From: Nitrospinota bacterium
GTDB lineage: Bacteria > UBA8248
DNA length: 15,319 nucleotides
Direction: 5' to 3'
NCBI GenBank assembly: GCA_046581755.1
Contig: JAYGFR010000003.1
Span: 1 to 15,319 of the forward strand
The position numbers and the translations under genes are program-made. The notes under the pieces are model-generated. The model was not told the DNA's origin and did no database searches. It was given only the letters and a program-made list of their open reading frames with translations. Of this stretch, positions 1 to 9,040 are shown in pieces; position 1 is the stretch's first letter; the number at the start of each line of letters is the position of its first letter.

Positions 1-43
1 GGCTCTCTTGGCTTATAGGTCCTCTTCTGACAGTCTTCTTCAT
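1..43 (-). CDS. 5' start of a gene running off the left edge (MKKTVRRGPISQES...), possibly a transposase
   Basis: The minus strand reads ccAAGGAGccaccg-ATG aag aag act..., a good SD and ATG (43), and the frame is open to the window edge. Only 14 codons are visible. Confidence 0.4.
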   Translation of the reverse strand, partial: MKKTVRRGPISQES

Positions 44-128
44 CGGTGGCTCCTTGGTATTAGGGTTGATGACATCCCCCGATCGTCTCATCGGGGCCAA
101 GGAGCCGCCACTCGAATTTCAATAGCCT
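1..128 (-). mobile_element. Possible left end of an insertion sequence (IS5/IS1182-like terminus)
   Basis: Minus-strand AGGCTATTGAAATTC (128-114) resembles GGCTGTTGAAA-type IS termini. It is followed by a 13-bp stem (45-57/97-109) that sequesters the SD of the ORF starting at 43. The other end is not in the window. Confidence 0.3.
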
Positions 129-167
129 TCGGGACTATGCCCTCGGCAACGAGCCTCCTTCGTGATC

Positions 168-1372
168 ATGGAGGCGAAGCCGCAAAGCTCCACCTCCATG
201 GCCACTCCATGGGGAGCGATGTCCATCCTGTTTTTTGTTCATTTTGTGGTGGATTCCCACGGGACATTTTTTTCCCCGCTGATTCCCATCCTGCGGGAGA
301 AATTCCAATTCTCCCTGGCGACAGCGGGGCTGCTCGTTTCCATCCAGTCGATGACCAGCGCCCTCAGCCAGCCCTTTGCGGCAACGATGGTTGACCGCTG
401 GCCCGGACTTCCGTGGCTGGCGGTAGGCATCGTTGGAAGCTCGGTTGCCTTTACCGCGATTGGCTGGTCTCCCTCCTTTTCAGGGGTGGCGCTGGCGATT
501 CTCGTCGGGGGATTGCTCTTTGGGTTGACCCGGACATGGCCGCGCGTTCCGGGCGCCTGAGCAAGGCGCACAGCAGCCTGTCCGTTAGCGTATTTGTAAC
601 GGGGGGGCGGATGGGCTTTGCCTTCGGACCCATTATCGCCATTGCGATTGCCAAATATTTGGGAATGGAATGGCTCTGGATTTATGTCCTCGTCTCCCTT
701 ACGGTGATGGTCCTGGTTGTCTGGCACCTGCCGAATCCGCCAAAACCCAGAGGCAAGAAAAAAGGAACCTCCAGCGGATTGTGGGCCGCGCTCAGGCACG
801 CTCGGTTTCCGATATCCCTTCTGTTCGGCGTGGCCGTCGTCCGGGCGCTCATCATGGGCAATCTCGGCGGTTTTTTCCCCACCCTTTTCGTCGATTATGG
901 TATGGGCCTATGGAGCGGCGGATTCGCCAATACTGTTCTGTTTTTTAGCGGCGCCTTGGGCGTCATGGCCGGGGGATATTGGGGGGATCGCGTCGAGAAG
1001 CGCACCATCATCCTCATCGGAATGGTCATCGGGCTGTCCGGGATGGTAGCGTTTCTCGTGTTTCCGCTAAAATTCGCCTTTTTCTCGCTGGCCATCGTCG
1101 GCCTGGGAAATTTTATTCCGATGGGCGTCTCGGTCACCCTCGCCCAGGAATTACTTCCTGACCACAGGGGCTTCGCCAGCTCACTCACCCTGGGGGGCGG
1201 ATGGATCATTTCGAGTTTCTCCTCCGTTCCGATTGCAGCGGTGGCCGAGCGCATCGGCCTTCTTACGGCCTTCTGGGTCCTTCCCGTCTTTCTGGCCCTC
1301 GGGGTCACCATCGCATTCATGATGCCGCGGGAAAAGGAAAAACCTGGGATTGCCCAATCCGCTCAAAGCTGA
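168..1372 (+). CDS. MFS transporter, Fsr (fosmidomycin-resistance)-like, split by one frameshift at ~528-531
   Basis: The N-terminal part (HFVVDSHGTFFSPLIPIL...SQP...DR) is in frame 162..560 and the remainder (PDMAARSG...S.FVTGGRMGFAFGP...GGYWGDR...AQELLPDHRGFASSL) in frame 413..1372. Joined, they give a ~400-aa hydrophobic MFS protein. Confidence 0.85.
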
Positions 1373-1437
1373 AACCATACCCGGGCCGCCGAAAGATCCG
1401 ACAGATACGCTTTTACCGAGATGCTGGGGCCTGTTCC

Positions 1438-2334
1438 ATGCGAACAATCATCTTGCGCTTTTCCCTGTCGCTCGCGGTCGCCCTGGCTCTTTCCGGCCCG
1501 GGCGAGGCCGCACCCAGATCTTTTCGCGTGGACCTCGAACTCGTTCTGGCGGTCGATGTCTCCGGCAGCATCGATGAGGAGGAAGGGCGCCTTCAGCGCA
1601 AGGGCTATGTCGAAGCGTTCACCGCACCCGAGGTCCTTGCGACCATCCGATCCGGATTCCACAAGCGGATCGCGGTCATTTATATCGAATGGGCCGGATA
1701 CGAACACCAATTGACCCTGACCAAATGGACCCTCATCCACGACGAGGCAAGCGCCCGGAGGTTCGCCTCCGCCCTGGCAGCCAGCCCGACCGGCATCGGT
1801 CCCTACACCTCCATCAGCGGCGCCATCGAATACGCTATGCCCCTATTCAAGAAAAACAATTTCGAAGGCACACGGCAGGTCATCAATATCTCGGGCGACG
1901 GGCCCAACAACAGCGGCCGCATGGTCACCCTGGCCCGGGAGGAGGCGTTGCGGGCGGGGTTGACCATCAACGGCCTACCCATCCTGAACAACCGCCCTAG
2001 CCGCTATGGTAACCCTCCCATGCCGAATCTTGACCTCTACTATAAGAACTGCGTGATCGGCGGGCCGCGCGCCTTTCTGGTCATTGCCGAAAGCTTTAAG
2101 TCATTCGCCAAGGCCATCCGGAAAAAACTGGTCCTCGAAATTGCCGGCGCCATGCCCAGAGATCGGGCTGCGGCCACCGTATCTTCGTTGCGGCGGCCCG
2201 CCTATCCCGTCCGCTACGGGGGGCGGCAGGCTCCAGCCGCACCGCCGCCCACGCCCAGCTTCAAAACCGTCGGTAAGGGACCCCCTTGCGATGAGGGAGA
2301 GCGCCGCCGCCAATCCTGGTCCTCCGACTATTAG
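1438..2334 (+). CDS. DUF1194 family vWA-domain exported protein
   Basis: Signal peptide from ATG 1438 (MRTIILRFSLSLAVALALSGPGEAA). Motifs VDLELVLAVDVSGS (MIDAS DxSxS), TSISGAI, ISGDGPNNSG, TINGLPI, YY..CVIGGP.AF and F..AIRKKLVLEIA. Confidence 0.9.
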   Translation: MRTIILRFSLSLAVALALSGPGEAAPRSFRVDLELVLAVDVSGSIDEEEGRLQRKGYVEAFTAPEVLATIRSGFHKRIAVIYIEWAGYEHQLTLTKWTLIHDEASARRFASALAASPTGIGPYTSISGAIEYAMPLFKKNNFEGTRQVINISGDGPNNSGRMVTLAREEALRAGLTINGLPILNNRPSRYGNPPMPNLDLYYKNCVIGGPRAFLVIAESFKSFAKAIRKKLVLEIAGAMPRDRAAATVSSLRRPAYPVRYGGRQAPAAPPPTPSFKTVGKGPPCDEGERRRQSWSSDY

Positions 2335-2356
2335 CCCAAGCCGTGACGGCTAGCGG

Positions 2357-2514
2357 AGGTCCATCCCGAAGGGAGAGGACACCACGAACCACCGCGAATT
2401 TCCTGTTGCGGAAAATCCAACCATTGGGTGTATGTTAATCGCGCTGGAGGGAGGGACCGCCGGCGAAAGACGGGAAGTTGGGTCCGGAGGAAGCTGTTTC
2501 GGGGGTTTGAGGGA
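2357..2514 (+). repeat. Diverged copy C of the dispersed non-coding element (head block)
   Basis: 2392-2447 aligns without gaps to the reverse complement of the head blocks of copies A and B (ccgc..atttcctgt.gcgg-N19-tat.tt.at.gcg.tgg). It then shares cc.ccgg.gaa with both copies and ggggtttgaggga with copy B. Confidence 0.55.
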
Positions 2515-2687
2515 GGTTCCCGTATGAGTTTCGGTTTTGTGGTGGGAGGCGTCTTCGTTTCGAGGTCTAGAGGGCCTACCTGGTTTCCAGTGCTAACTGT
2601 GCGGCCATAAAAAGCCTCACCGAAAAGCCCTAAATCACCGGGATGGAAGTGAATTCGGGCAAACCGAAATGATTATAAGCGGATTGA

Positions 2688-2716
2688 TTGCCCTCCTCGG
2701 TCATCTATTTTATGAT
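2688..2716 (+). promoter_or_regulatory. Putative sigma70 promoter TTGCCC-N17-TATGAT
   Basis: Canonical 17-bp spacing, ~125 nt upstream of the SD/ATG at 2841. Confidence 0.45.
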
Positions 2717-2840
2717 TCCCTAAGGAGTAGGTTCACCGAACCCGTTGATTTTCAGGATCTTCTGGGCAGATTCCAGTTGGCCCAGGGAACTCTGGAAACG
2801 AGATAGAAGTTTCCAGGCCAAGGAGGAAAAGGAGTTTTCG

Positions 2841-3532
2841 ATGAGAATTCCCAGGTTCCGGATTATCTTGACCCTCGTATTTTAGATGGCCGTGACGCTG
2901 CCACTCCAACCGGCGTGATCCTCTCCCCACCTCGGTGAAGCATTCGGGCTGAGGCTGGGCATGTCTAAAGAGGAGGTGCAGCGCCTTGGAGTAAAGCTCG
3001 AGGATAGCGGCATATCTGAGATTTGGGGCAAACGCTGCCGGGCAACCGGCCTGCCCAAACAATTTGGCGACGAAAGGTGGGTCTGGTTATACTTTGGCAA
3101 TTACACCAGGCTATTCAGGAAACTGGCGGAACTGGCCGACCGTGGCATGGCCTACACTTCGAAGGATGCGATTCAACGCTACCATCAGATCAAAGCCAAT
3201 TTATCGTCGGGGTACGTTCTGGTGTCCCAGCGGGAAGCAAAGCTTCCCAAGGGGGAACCCTGCCTTAGCCAGGCCAAGACGGCTCCTAACGGGAACAGCT
3301 CCAAGAATTCTTTGGTCAAAAAATTATATATAAATGCGATAAAAACCGGCGGCCGATGCACTTTTGCGCGATTCAGCGCTGGTCGTCCTCTTTCCGCAAA
3401 GACGACACCTACATCATCGTCACCATTCGGCCCAAGGACGTCCACAAAATGACCTCCTACGCCTTTGTCCACTTGGAAATTGGAAGCAAGTCCTTGATAG
3501 AAAAATTCAGGCGCGAGAAATCGCCTCTCTAG
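2841..3532 (+). pseudogene. Pseudogene of an exported hypothetical protein (two nonsense codons and a frameshift)
   Basis: Strong SD (aggaggaaaaggag) and ATG 2841. It reads MRIPRFRIILTLVF*MAVTLPLQPA*SSPHLGEAFGLRLGMSKEEV..., in frame with ORF 2961..3452. A protein-like C-terminus (RWSSSFRKDDTYIIVTIRPK...AFVHLEIGSKSLIEKFRREKSPL*) lies in another frame ending at TAG 3530-3532. Confidence 0.65.
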
Positions 3533-3604
3533 CCACCGCCTGAACCGGAGGAATCTCGACCCACCGAATGGCCGCGAATCTTGCGGTAGCCTTCTCCCGC
3601 AAGG

Positions 3605-4030
3605 CTAGAACCTGAATTTTATGTGGCACTGCATGCAGGCATCCTGAAGACGGGAGAGCGCGGAGAGTGAAGCTACCTGGCGTTTCTTTCCGGCGAGTTC
3701 GGCCAAGCCTTGCGCTTGTTTTTCCACATTTCCCGCAAAATTACGGAATGAATTGTCGTTCTTGTAGTTGTCGATCTTGGGAAGCAGGCGGGCGGTATTG
3801 ACGATCTCGCCTAGTTGCTTCTGGACCTTGGCGAAAGGCGCCTCGTTCGCCAACTCCAGGACGGGAACGAGGAGAAGGGATTTCACCACCTCGACATAGG
3901 CCCCTTCCATCCGATTCATCAGATTGCCTATGTCTAGTTCCTCCGAACTGGTCGGTGCGGGCGCCGCCATCGATAGTGCCAATATCGCCGAGGAGACGAC
4001 CGCACCGGGAGAGAATCTTTTGAATAACAT
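3605..4030 (-). CDS. Class II cytochrome c (cytochrome c'/c556-like), periplasmic
   Basis: Signal peptide, helical body, a single C-terminal heme motif CMQCH, and SD aaggaggag upstream. Confidence 0.85.
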   Translation of the reverse strand: MLFKRFSPGAVVSSAILALSMAAPAPTSSEELDIGNLMNRMEGAYVEVVKSLLLVPVLELANEAPFAKVQKQLGEIVNTARLLPKIDNYKNDNSFRNFAGNVEKQAQGLAELAGKKRQVASLSALSRLQDACMQCHIKFRF

Positions 4031-4094
4031 CGTGCTCCTCCTTAAAGGAATTGATCTTCATTTTCCGGATTTGAAAATTTGCGCCTGGACATCC

Positions 4095-4595
4095 CTAAAG
4101 GATGTCTCCCCAGCCCACCTTTTCATCCTCGAAAACGGCTATATCGCAATAAATTTCGATATAGCTTCCATCGGGGTCAGTGATGTAGAAAGCGCGGTTC
4201 CCGCTTCCCTCCGCGAACCCGTCCCCCTCCGGACCGTGTACGAGAGGACCGTATTTGATCTCCACCCCGCAGTTTTTGATATGTTTGAGCGCCTTGAGCC
4301 ATTCCATTCGGTTGGGCACCTCGAAGGCCACGTGCTGAAAACCTACCTTCCGCTCTTCGAGGGAATTGCCCGTTTCAGAATAAAGGCTGGGGGCGCCCTC
4401 CGGGGCCTGAAAAAACACCACTTCGTGATGAGTCCTGTCGCAACGGAGAAACAAGCTGGCCCCGCCAGGTACCTTCGCTCCCGGCCCAGATCGGCTCGTT
4501 ACCCTAAAACCCATGATACGGACGTAAAATTCTTCCATCCGGTCCAAATCCTGTGTCCAAAAACCCATATGGCCAATTTTCGTAGTCGTGAACAT
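4095..4595 (-). CDS. VOC/glyoxalase-family protein (extradiol-dioxygenase-like domain)
   Basis: KIGHMGF..DL..M..FY...MGF, FLRC...HHEV, GFQHVAFEV, GP..HG, FY..DPDG..IE. Start set at ATG 4595 after SD caggagg. Confidence 0.88.
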   Translation of the reverse strand: MFTTTKIGHMGFWTQDLDRMEEFYVRIMGFRVTSRSGPGAKVPGGASLFLRCDRTHHEVVFFQAPEGAPSLYSETGNSLEERKVGFQHVAFEVPNRMEWLKALKHIKNCGVEIKYGPLVHGPEGDGFAEGSGNRAFYITDPDGSYIEIYCDIAVFEDEKVGWGDIL

Positions 4596-4757
4596 CGAAT
4601 TTCCTCCTGATTCCTGTTCCACTGAAGAGCGATGAGGGAGGTATATTACCGCGTGGGAGGAACCCAATGCGAGGAAACAATTTACCTATTTCAAAGGGAG
4701 GGAACCATCCATTGGCAGGAAATGTTTTAGGGAGGGGAGTCCTGGTAATTCGGCACC

Positions 4758-5687
4758 TTAGGGAATATTTCGGGTAGTCCCCCAAAAACGGGATAGGTCG
4801 AATCGGAAATTTTTTGAGCTCGTTTTAACCAATTCAGGGAACGATACTTTCATCCTTTTATCCTTGGAGATTTCACGCGCATTTTCTAAAAGATGGCGAA
4901 TCGCGTTGATTCGAATCACCCACCCGAGGCGGCCGTTTCCGACGAATGTTCCCTGCGAAAGGCCAACGAGTTCGAAACGGCCATCCCGGATGGCGATAAC
5001 AGGGGTTCCGCTATCGCCGGGGGAAAGTCCGTTGCTTATCATGAAGGCGTTCTCGCCCTTGGCCTCAATTTGGAAAATCTCCTTGGGAGCTTTCAAGGCA
5101 CTGACGATTCCCTCGCGAACATTCACTCCTAGGTTCATGGGATTCCCCACGGCATAGACGTAATTTCCCACCCAGAGGTCGTCGCTGTTTCCAACAACAT
5201 ACGGAAACGAAGGCGGGCGGATGCCTTCGGGGATTTCAAAGAGAGCCACATCGTCCGCATGATTCCGGACCAAAGGCGTCAAAAGGTGCTCGCTTCGCCC
5301 ATGGCGGATATATGTTTTCTCTTCCAATTTAACGACTGAAGGCTTGAAAATTCCGATGGGCGTTGAAATTTCAATGCCGCTTTGAGTCACTGTATGCTCG
5401 ACTGTGAGGATAAACCGGTCATTAATGGCAACCCCGCTTCCGATAATTTCTTTATCCATTTGCGTTCCGTCCGGAAGCTCGAACTTGGTCCGGGTGACCA
5501 GGATGACGATTGAGGAAATTACTTGGGACAAATCCATCCGGGATGAATCCACCCGATAGGTATGGTTGTCGTAGCGGCCGTCCGGCCGGGGGAGCATCGC
5601 ATTAGGCTGCGAAGGCCCGGAGGCGCATCCTGAGAGGATCAGGATGCAAATCGCGACCATCATTGGGCGTAGCTTAAAGGTCGACAT
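4758..5687 (-). CDS. Trypsin-like (S1C/HtrA-type domain, no PDZ) serine protease lipoprotein
   Basis: Lipobox LSG-C. Triad motifs ILTVEH, DVALF and PGDSGTP. Also GNSDDL.VG..V.AVGNP and GIVSA. Confidence 0.85.
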   Translation of the reverse strand: MSTFKLRPMMVAICILILSGCASGPSQPNAMLPRPDGRYDNHTYRVDSSRMDLSQVISSIVILVTRTKFELPDGTQMDKEIIGSGVAINDRFILTVEHTVTQSGIEISTPIGIFKPSVVKLEEKTYIRHGRSEHLLTPLVRNHADDVALFEIPEGIRPPSFPYVVGNSDDLWVGNYVYAVGNPMNLGVNVREGIVSALKAPKEIFQIEAKGENAFMISNGLSPGDSGTPVIAIRDGRFELVGLSQGTFVGNGRLGWVIRINAIRHLLENAREISKDKRMKVSFPELVKTSSKNFRFDLSRFWGTTRNIP

Positions 5688-5893
5688 CGATCGACCCCCT
5701 GCGGCGGCTGAGAGCGGCACCTGCCTCGGGCAGGAATTTCGACATTTTTACTTCTGTGTCGATATTTTTTACTTTCAGATAAGTCCCAGCCGGCTTCTTT
5801 GAATTCTTTATTCGCCAGAAACCATTGTTTTTAACGCACAAACCCGAATTTTCCCGCCATGGGGGATAATACTTAAAACACAGTCTAATCAGA

Positions 5894-5909
5894 AGCATAT
5901 TTTGTGCCA
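5894..5909 (-). promoter_or_regulatory. Putative sigma54 (-24/-12) promoter TGGCACAAAATATGCT
   Basis: GG-N10-GC with a perfect TGGCAC, ~205 nt upstream of the protease start, in an AT-rich spacer. Confidence 0.55.
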
Positions 5910-6101
5910 TAGGTTCGAATAACCCAAGGGATGCGGCCTATCTGAAGTGACCCATTTTCACTGAATGTGGCGACTATCACAAAATCGGACCATTAGCCCG
6001 TTACCCGGGCTCACGGTTGCCAATTTGGGCTGTTCTGGAGTATCCATCAGGCTTCCGGGAAATGACGAAGGTGGCTTCGCCAGGAGTCGCCAGGAGTCCC
6101 C

Positions 6102-6923
6102 ATGACTCAGCATTTTCACAGATATAAGGAGATTGCCTTGTCCGTTATCAAAAACGAGACGAAGAAAAAAAGTCTTGAGGGAAAGGTGACCCTCGGCGTC
6201 GGGGTTCGTGTCGCCAAATCGGTCGAGATTGGAATGGCCATGAAAGCCAGCGGTTACGACTGGCTCTTCATCGATACTGAACACGGCCCCTTTAACCTTG
6301 AGACGGCCACCCAGATTTCGACCGCCGCCCTCACGCAGGGGATCACTCCCATCGTCCGGGTTGCCTCGCTGGAGCCTCACCTAAGCACCCGGATTCTCGA
6401 TTGCGGGGCTCAAGGCATCGTGTTGCCCCATGTCAATACCGCCGAAGAAGCGAGAGAGTTCGTTTTGATTTGTAAATTTCCACCCGAGGGCGGCCGAAGC
6501 CACGGAGGAGGGCTCCCCCATGCTGCGTTCAGCGCGCTTCCTCCGAACGAGCTCCTTTCGGGCGTTAATCGCGAGATGCTTTTGGTGGCCATGATCGAGA
6601 CCCCCGAAGCTGGCGAGCAGGCAGACGAAATTGCCGCCGTGAATGGCATCGATGTCCTTCTCATCGGGACCAACGACCTCAGCACGGGGATGGGCATCGC
6701 AGGTCAACACGACCATCCGCGGGTTAATTTGGTGTACGAGCAGGTACTCGCCGCCTGCAAGAAACACGGTAAAACGCCGGGCATGGGCGGTTCCTATGCC
6801 CCCGATATGCTCGAGCGCCGAATCAAGGAAGGCATGCGGTTCATCCTGAGCGGAAGCGATCTGAGTTTCATGGTTGCGGCCGCCAAAAGGCAATCCGAGA
6901 TGATTCGAAGCATTGAGATATAG
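6102..6923 (+). CDS. HpcH/HpaI aldolase family (GarL/RhmA-like)
   Basis: GYDWLFIDTEHG, RILDCGAQGIVLPHVNT.EEA, KFPPEGGRS, AMIETPEA and GIDVLLIGTNDLS. Confidence 0.92.
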   Translation: MTQHFHRYKEIALSVIKNETKKKSLEGKVTLGVGVRVAKSVEIGMAMKASGYDWLFIDTEHGPFNLETATQISTAALTQGITPIVRVASLEPHLSTRILDCGAQGIVLPHVNTAEEAREFVLICKFPPEGGRSHGGGLPHAAFSALPPNELLSGVNREMLLVAMIETPEAGEQADEIAAVNGIDVLLIGTNDLSTGMGIAGQHDHPRVNLVYEQVLAACKKHGKTPGMGGSYAPDMLERRIKEGMRFILSGSDLSFMVAAAKRQSEMIRSIEI

Positions 6924-7023
6924 GCGCGCACCGGAAACCTCCGGGCGTATTTCAATATTCACAGGCTGTGGGATCCACGGGGAATCTATTGGTTCATACC
7001 GTTCCTCCCATTACGGAGAGATC

Positions 7024-7869
7024 ATGAAACTGCTCACCTATGAAACCGGCGATGGTCCCCGCGTTGCTATCCTGACGGACGCTGGCGTGGAGGACGTGGA
7101 ACCCGAAACAGGCGACGCCATCGAGGTCATCGCAACGGGTAGCGTACCAAAGACGATCGGCGCGCCCAAACAGCTCGATTCGGTAAAGCTGCTTGCCCCT
7201 GTGGCCGAACTCAAGAGGCCCGTCATCGCCGTCGGGCTTAACTACAAAAAGCACTCCGATGAGGGCGCGCGAAAAACCGGGGCCCGAAAAGTGGGCGAAT
7301 ACCCCAAAATCCCTGTTTTCTTTACGAAATGGATAGGCTCGCATAACCGCCCCGAAGGTGATGTCATCCTCCACGACATCACCAAAGAACTCGACTATGA
7401 GTGCGAACTCGTTATCGTCATCGGCAAAAAAGGAATCAACATTCCCAAGGACAAGGCCATGGATTACGTCTATGGCTACACGATCATGAACGAGGTCTCG
7501 GCCCGCGACATCCAGCGCAGGCACGGTCAGTGGTTCAAGGGAAAGTCGCTGGACAGCTACGGTCCCCTCGGCCCATGGATTGTCACCAAGGATGAGACCG
7601 GCGACGGAAACAATCTCGACATCAAAACCCGCCTGAACGGCGAAATTCGCCAAGATTCGAGCACCAGCGACATGATCTTCGATATCGAGACGGTGGTTTC
7701 TGTTCTTTCGGAGGGGTTTACCCTACACCCCGGCGATATGATCGCCACTGGTACAGCCGAAGGTGTTGGCTTCGCGATGGACCCGCCCGGATTAATGAAG
7801 GTGGGCGATGTGGTAGAATGTGAGATTGAAAACATCGGGGTGCTGCGCAACAAAATCGTCGCTCCCTGA
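7024..7869 (+). CDS. Fumarylacetoacetate hydrolase (FAH) family protein
   Basis: AVGLNY..H, PVFFTK, LDYECEL.IVIGK, GYTIMNEVSARDIQ, W..GKSLD..GPLGPWIVT and L.PGDMIATGT..GVG. ATG 7024 follows ggagag. Confidence 0.93.
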   Translation: MKLLTYETGDGPRVAILTDAGVEDVEPETGDAIEVIATGSVPKTIGAPKQLDSVKLLAPVAELKRPVIAVGLNYKKHSDEGARKTGARKVGEYPKIPVFFTKWIGSHNRPEGDVILHDITKELDYECELVIVIGKKGINIPKDKAMDYVYGYTIMNEVSARDIQRRHGQWFKGKSLDSYGPLGPWIVTKDETGDGNNLDIKTRLNGEIRQDSSTSDMIFDIETVVSVLSEGFTLHPGDMIATGTAEGVGFAMDPPGLMKVGDVVECEIENIGVLRNKIVAP

Positions 7870-7930
7870 ATCATGTGGGAAAGTATCCCGTTCCCACTGT
7901 AATAAGAAAACGGGTTCCGGCCCCACCAGT

Positions 7931-8478
7931 CTAGCTGAGGAATCCAAACACGTGGTTCAGGCCGCAGGCTTGAGTTTGCCGATGGGCGGCTTTCCTCCGA
8001 TGCCAGGATAGGAACGGCGCCAGCCGTAATGGCGCGAGCCAGGATTTGAGCCATTCTCTTCGCCGACCGGAGAAAGGATAGGGCTAGGAGCGGCCCATTC
8101 TCCGGGCAGGGTTGGGACGAAACATTCGGCCTTGCCGTTGGTGCGCGGCGTGCAGGGCTTCGTCCGCAGGTGGCGGACCCACGGCTTTGACAGGCCCGGG
8201 CGAATGTACGCGAAAGGCCGGGGGGCCGAATGAGCGCCCCCGGCTTCCTCCGGCCGGCCTCAACGAACAACATAGGTGAAAGCATCCGCGGCAAACTCCC
8301 GAAAACGGCCGAAACCCAAAATCTCCGGCGAAAAGGCCACTCCAAATTTCCGCATAACTCCGATTTCCTGAATCCATCCTTCTCTAAACACCGCTCCCCC
8401 CCCTTCTCCGGCGGAATTCCTGCCAACGCGATGAATATAGGGCAGGACGCCGAAAGGGCCGCTACCGAAAATGCGTGG
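7931..8478 (-). repeat. Copy A (long form) of the dispersed non-coding element
   Basis: Shares three collinear blocks with 12319-12629. These include identical ggaatccaaacacgt (7939-7953), gatgggcggctttcctccga (7981-8000), cgaatgagcgccc (8227-8239) and atgaatatagggcaggacgccgaaa (8431-8455). Confidence 0.8.
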
Positions 8479-8843
8479 AGATTCGGGGTTTTGGTCCGAA
8501 CGCCCCCTCTGGACGCGGCTGACGCGCCGGACACGCCGGACCAGAAGGGCTCGACTGCGGGGCAGGTTCTTGCATTCTGTAAATATTCATCCGGGCCCTC
8601 TCCCCGGGCGCCAGTTGGCAGGTAACCACCCGCCACCCAGCTCAGCCGGGGGGGCAACCTGGTTCGAATTCACACCTAAAAATGCTCTTTGGGGGGCTGG
8701 TCCCCTATTCAACCAACATGAATCAGAGACCCCAGGTCGGCTTGTGTTTGGAGTTGAGCCGATTTCCGCCGGAGTCGGTAGTGGCCTTTGGAAAATCAGA
8801 ATGGGGACCGAAAAATATATTGATTTCTTCTCATTTCATTCAT

Positions 8844-9040
8844 TCATCCACTCCCACAGTTTCTGTGGACAGGTTGTGGAAAACTACTCTATCTATCCAT
8901 TAACTCCAACGATTTCACAGACTTGCCTTAATTTGCCCACTAATGACACACTCTCGCTAACTTATAATTTATCAACAACATAAACTTCATTTTCGCCTAA
9001 CTGAACCTTTAGATCCCGTACTACCTACTAATTTTTCACA
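8844..9040. promoter_or_regulatory. Cluster of DnaA-box-like 9-mers in AT-rich DNA (oriC-like)
   Basis: TGTGGAAAA (8875-8883) and TTTTTCACA (9032-9040) fit TTWTNCACA. Near matches are TTATCAACA 8969-8977, TGTGGACAG 8864-8872, TCATCCACT 8844-8852 and GATTTCACA 8911-8919. Confidence 0.5.

Noticed and set aside
2720..2840. Moco/other riboswitch in the structured leader
   Set aside because: Hairpins are present, but the conserved motif order of known riboswitches is not recognisable.
2841..2960. Stop-codon reassignment (TAG/TGA read as sense)
   Set aside because: TAG and TGA end many intact genes in this window at their expected C-termini.
3924..4610. Long antisense ORFs (3924..4610 +, 6994..7653 -, 10249..10854 +, 11079..11846 +, 13688..14452 -)
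   Set aside because: They are shadows of well-supported genes on the opposite strand in GC-rich DNA.
7557..8657. 366-aa minus-strand ORF (and 8230..8625 +, 12294..12656 +) sharing peptides such as LASEESRPSA and AMNIGQDAE between copies
   Set aside because: The composition is R/P/S/G/A-rich with no recognisable domain, and the ORF overlaps the FAH gene by >300 bp antisense. The frame is not continuous in copy B. The similarity is explained by the DNA repeat, although a short run of third-position differences means a decayed coding origin is not fully excluded.
8620..8680. tRNA-like GGTTCGAATTC
   Set aside because: The T-stem does not pair, and no acceptor or anticodon arms can be built.
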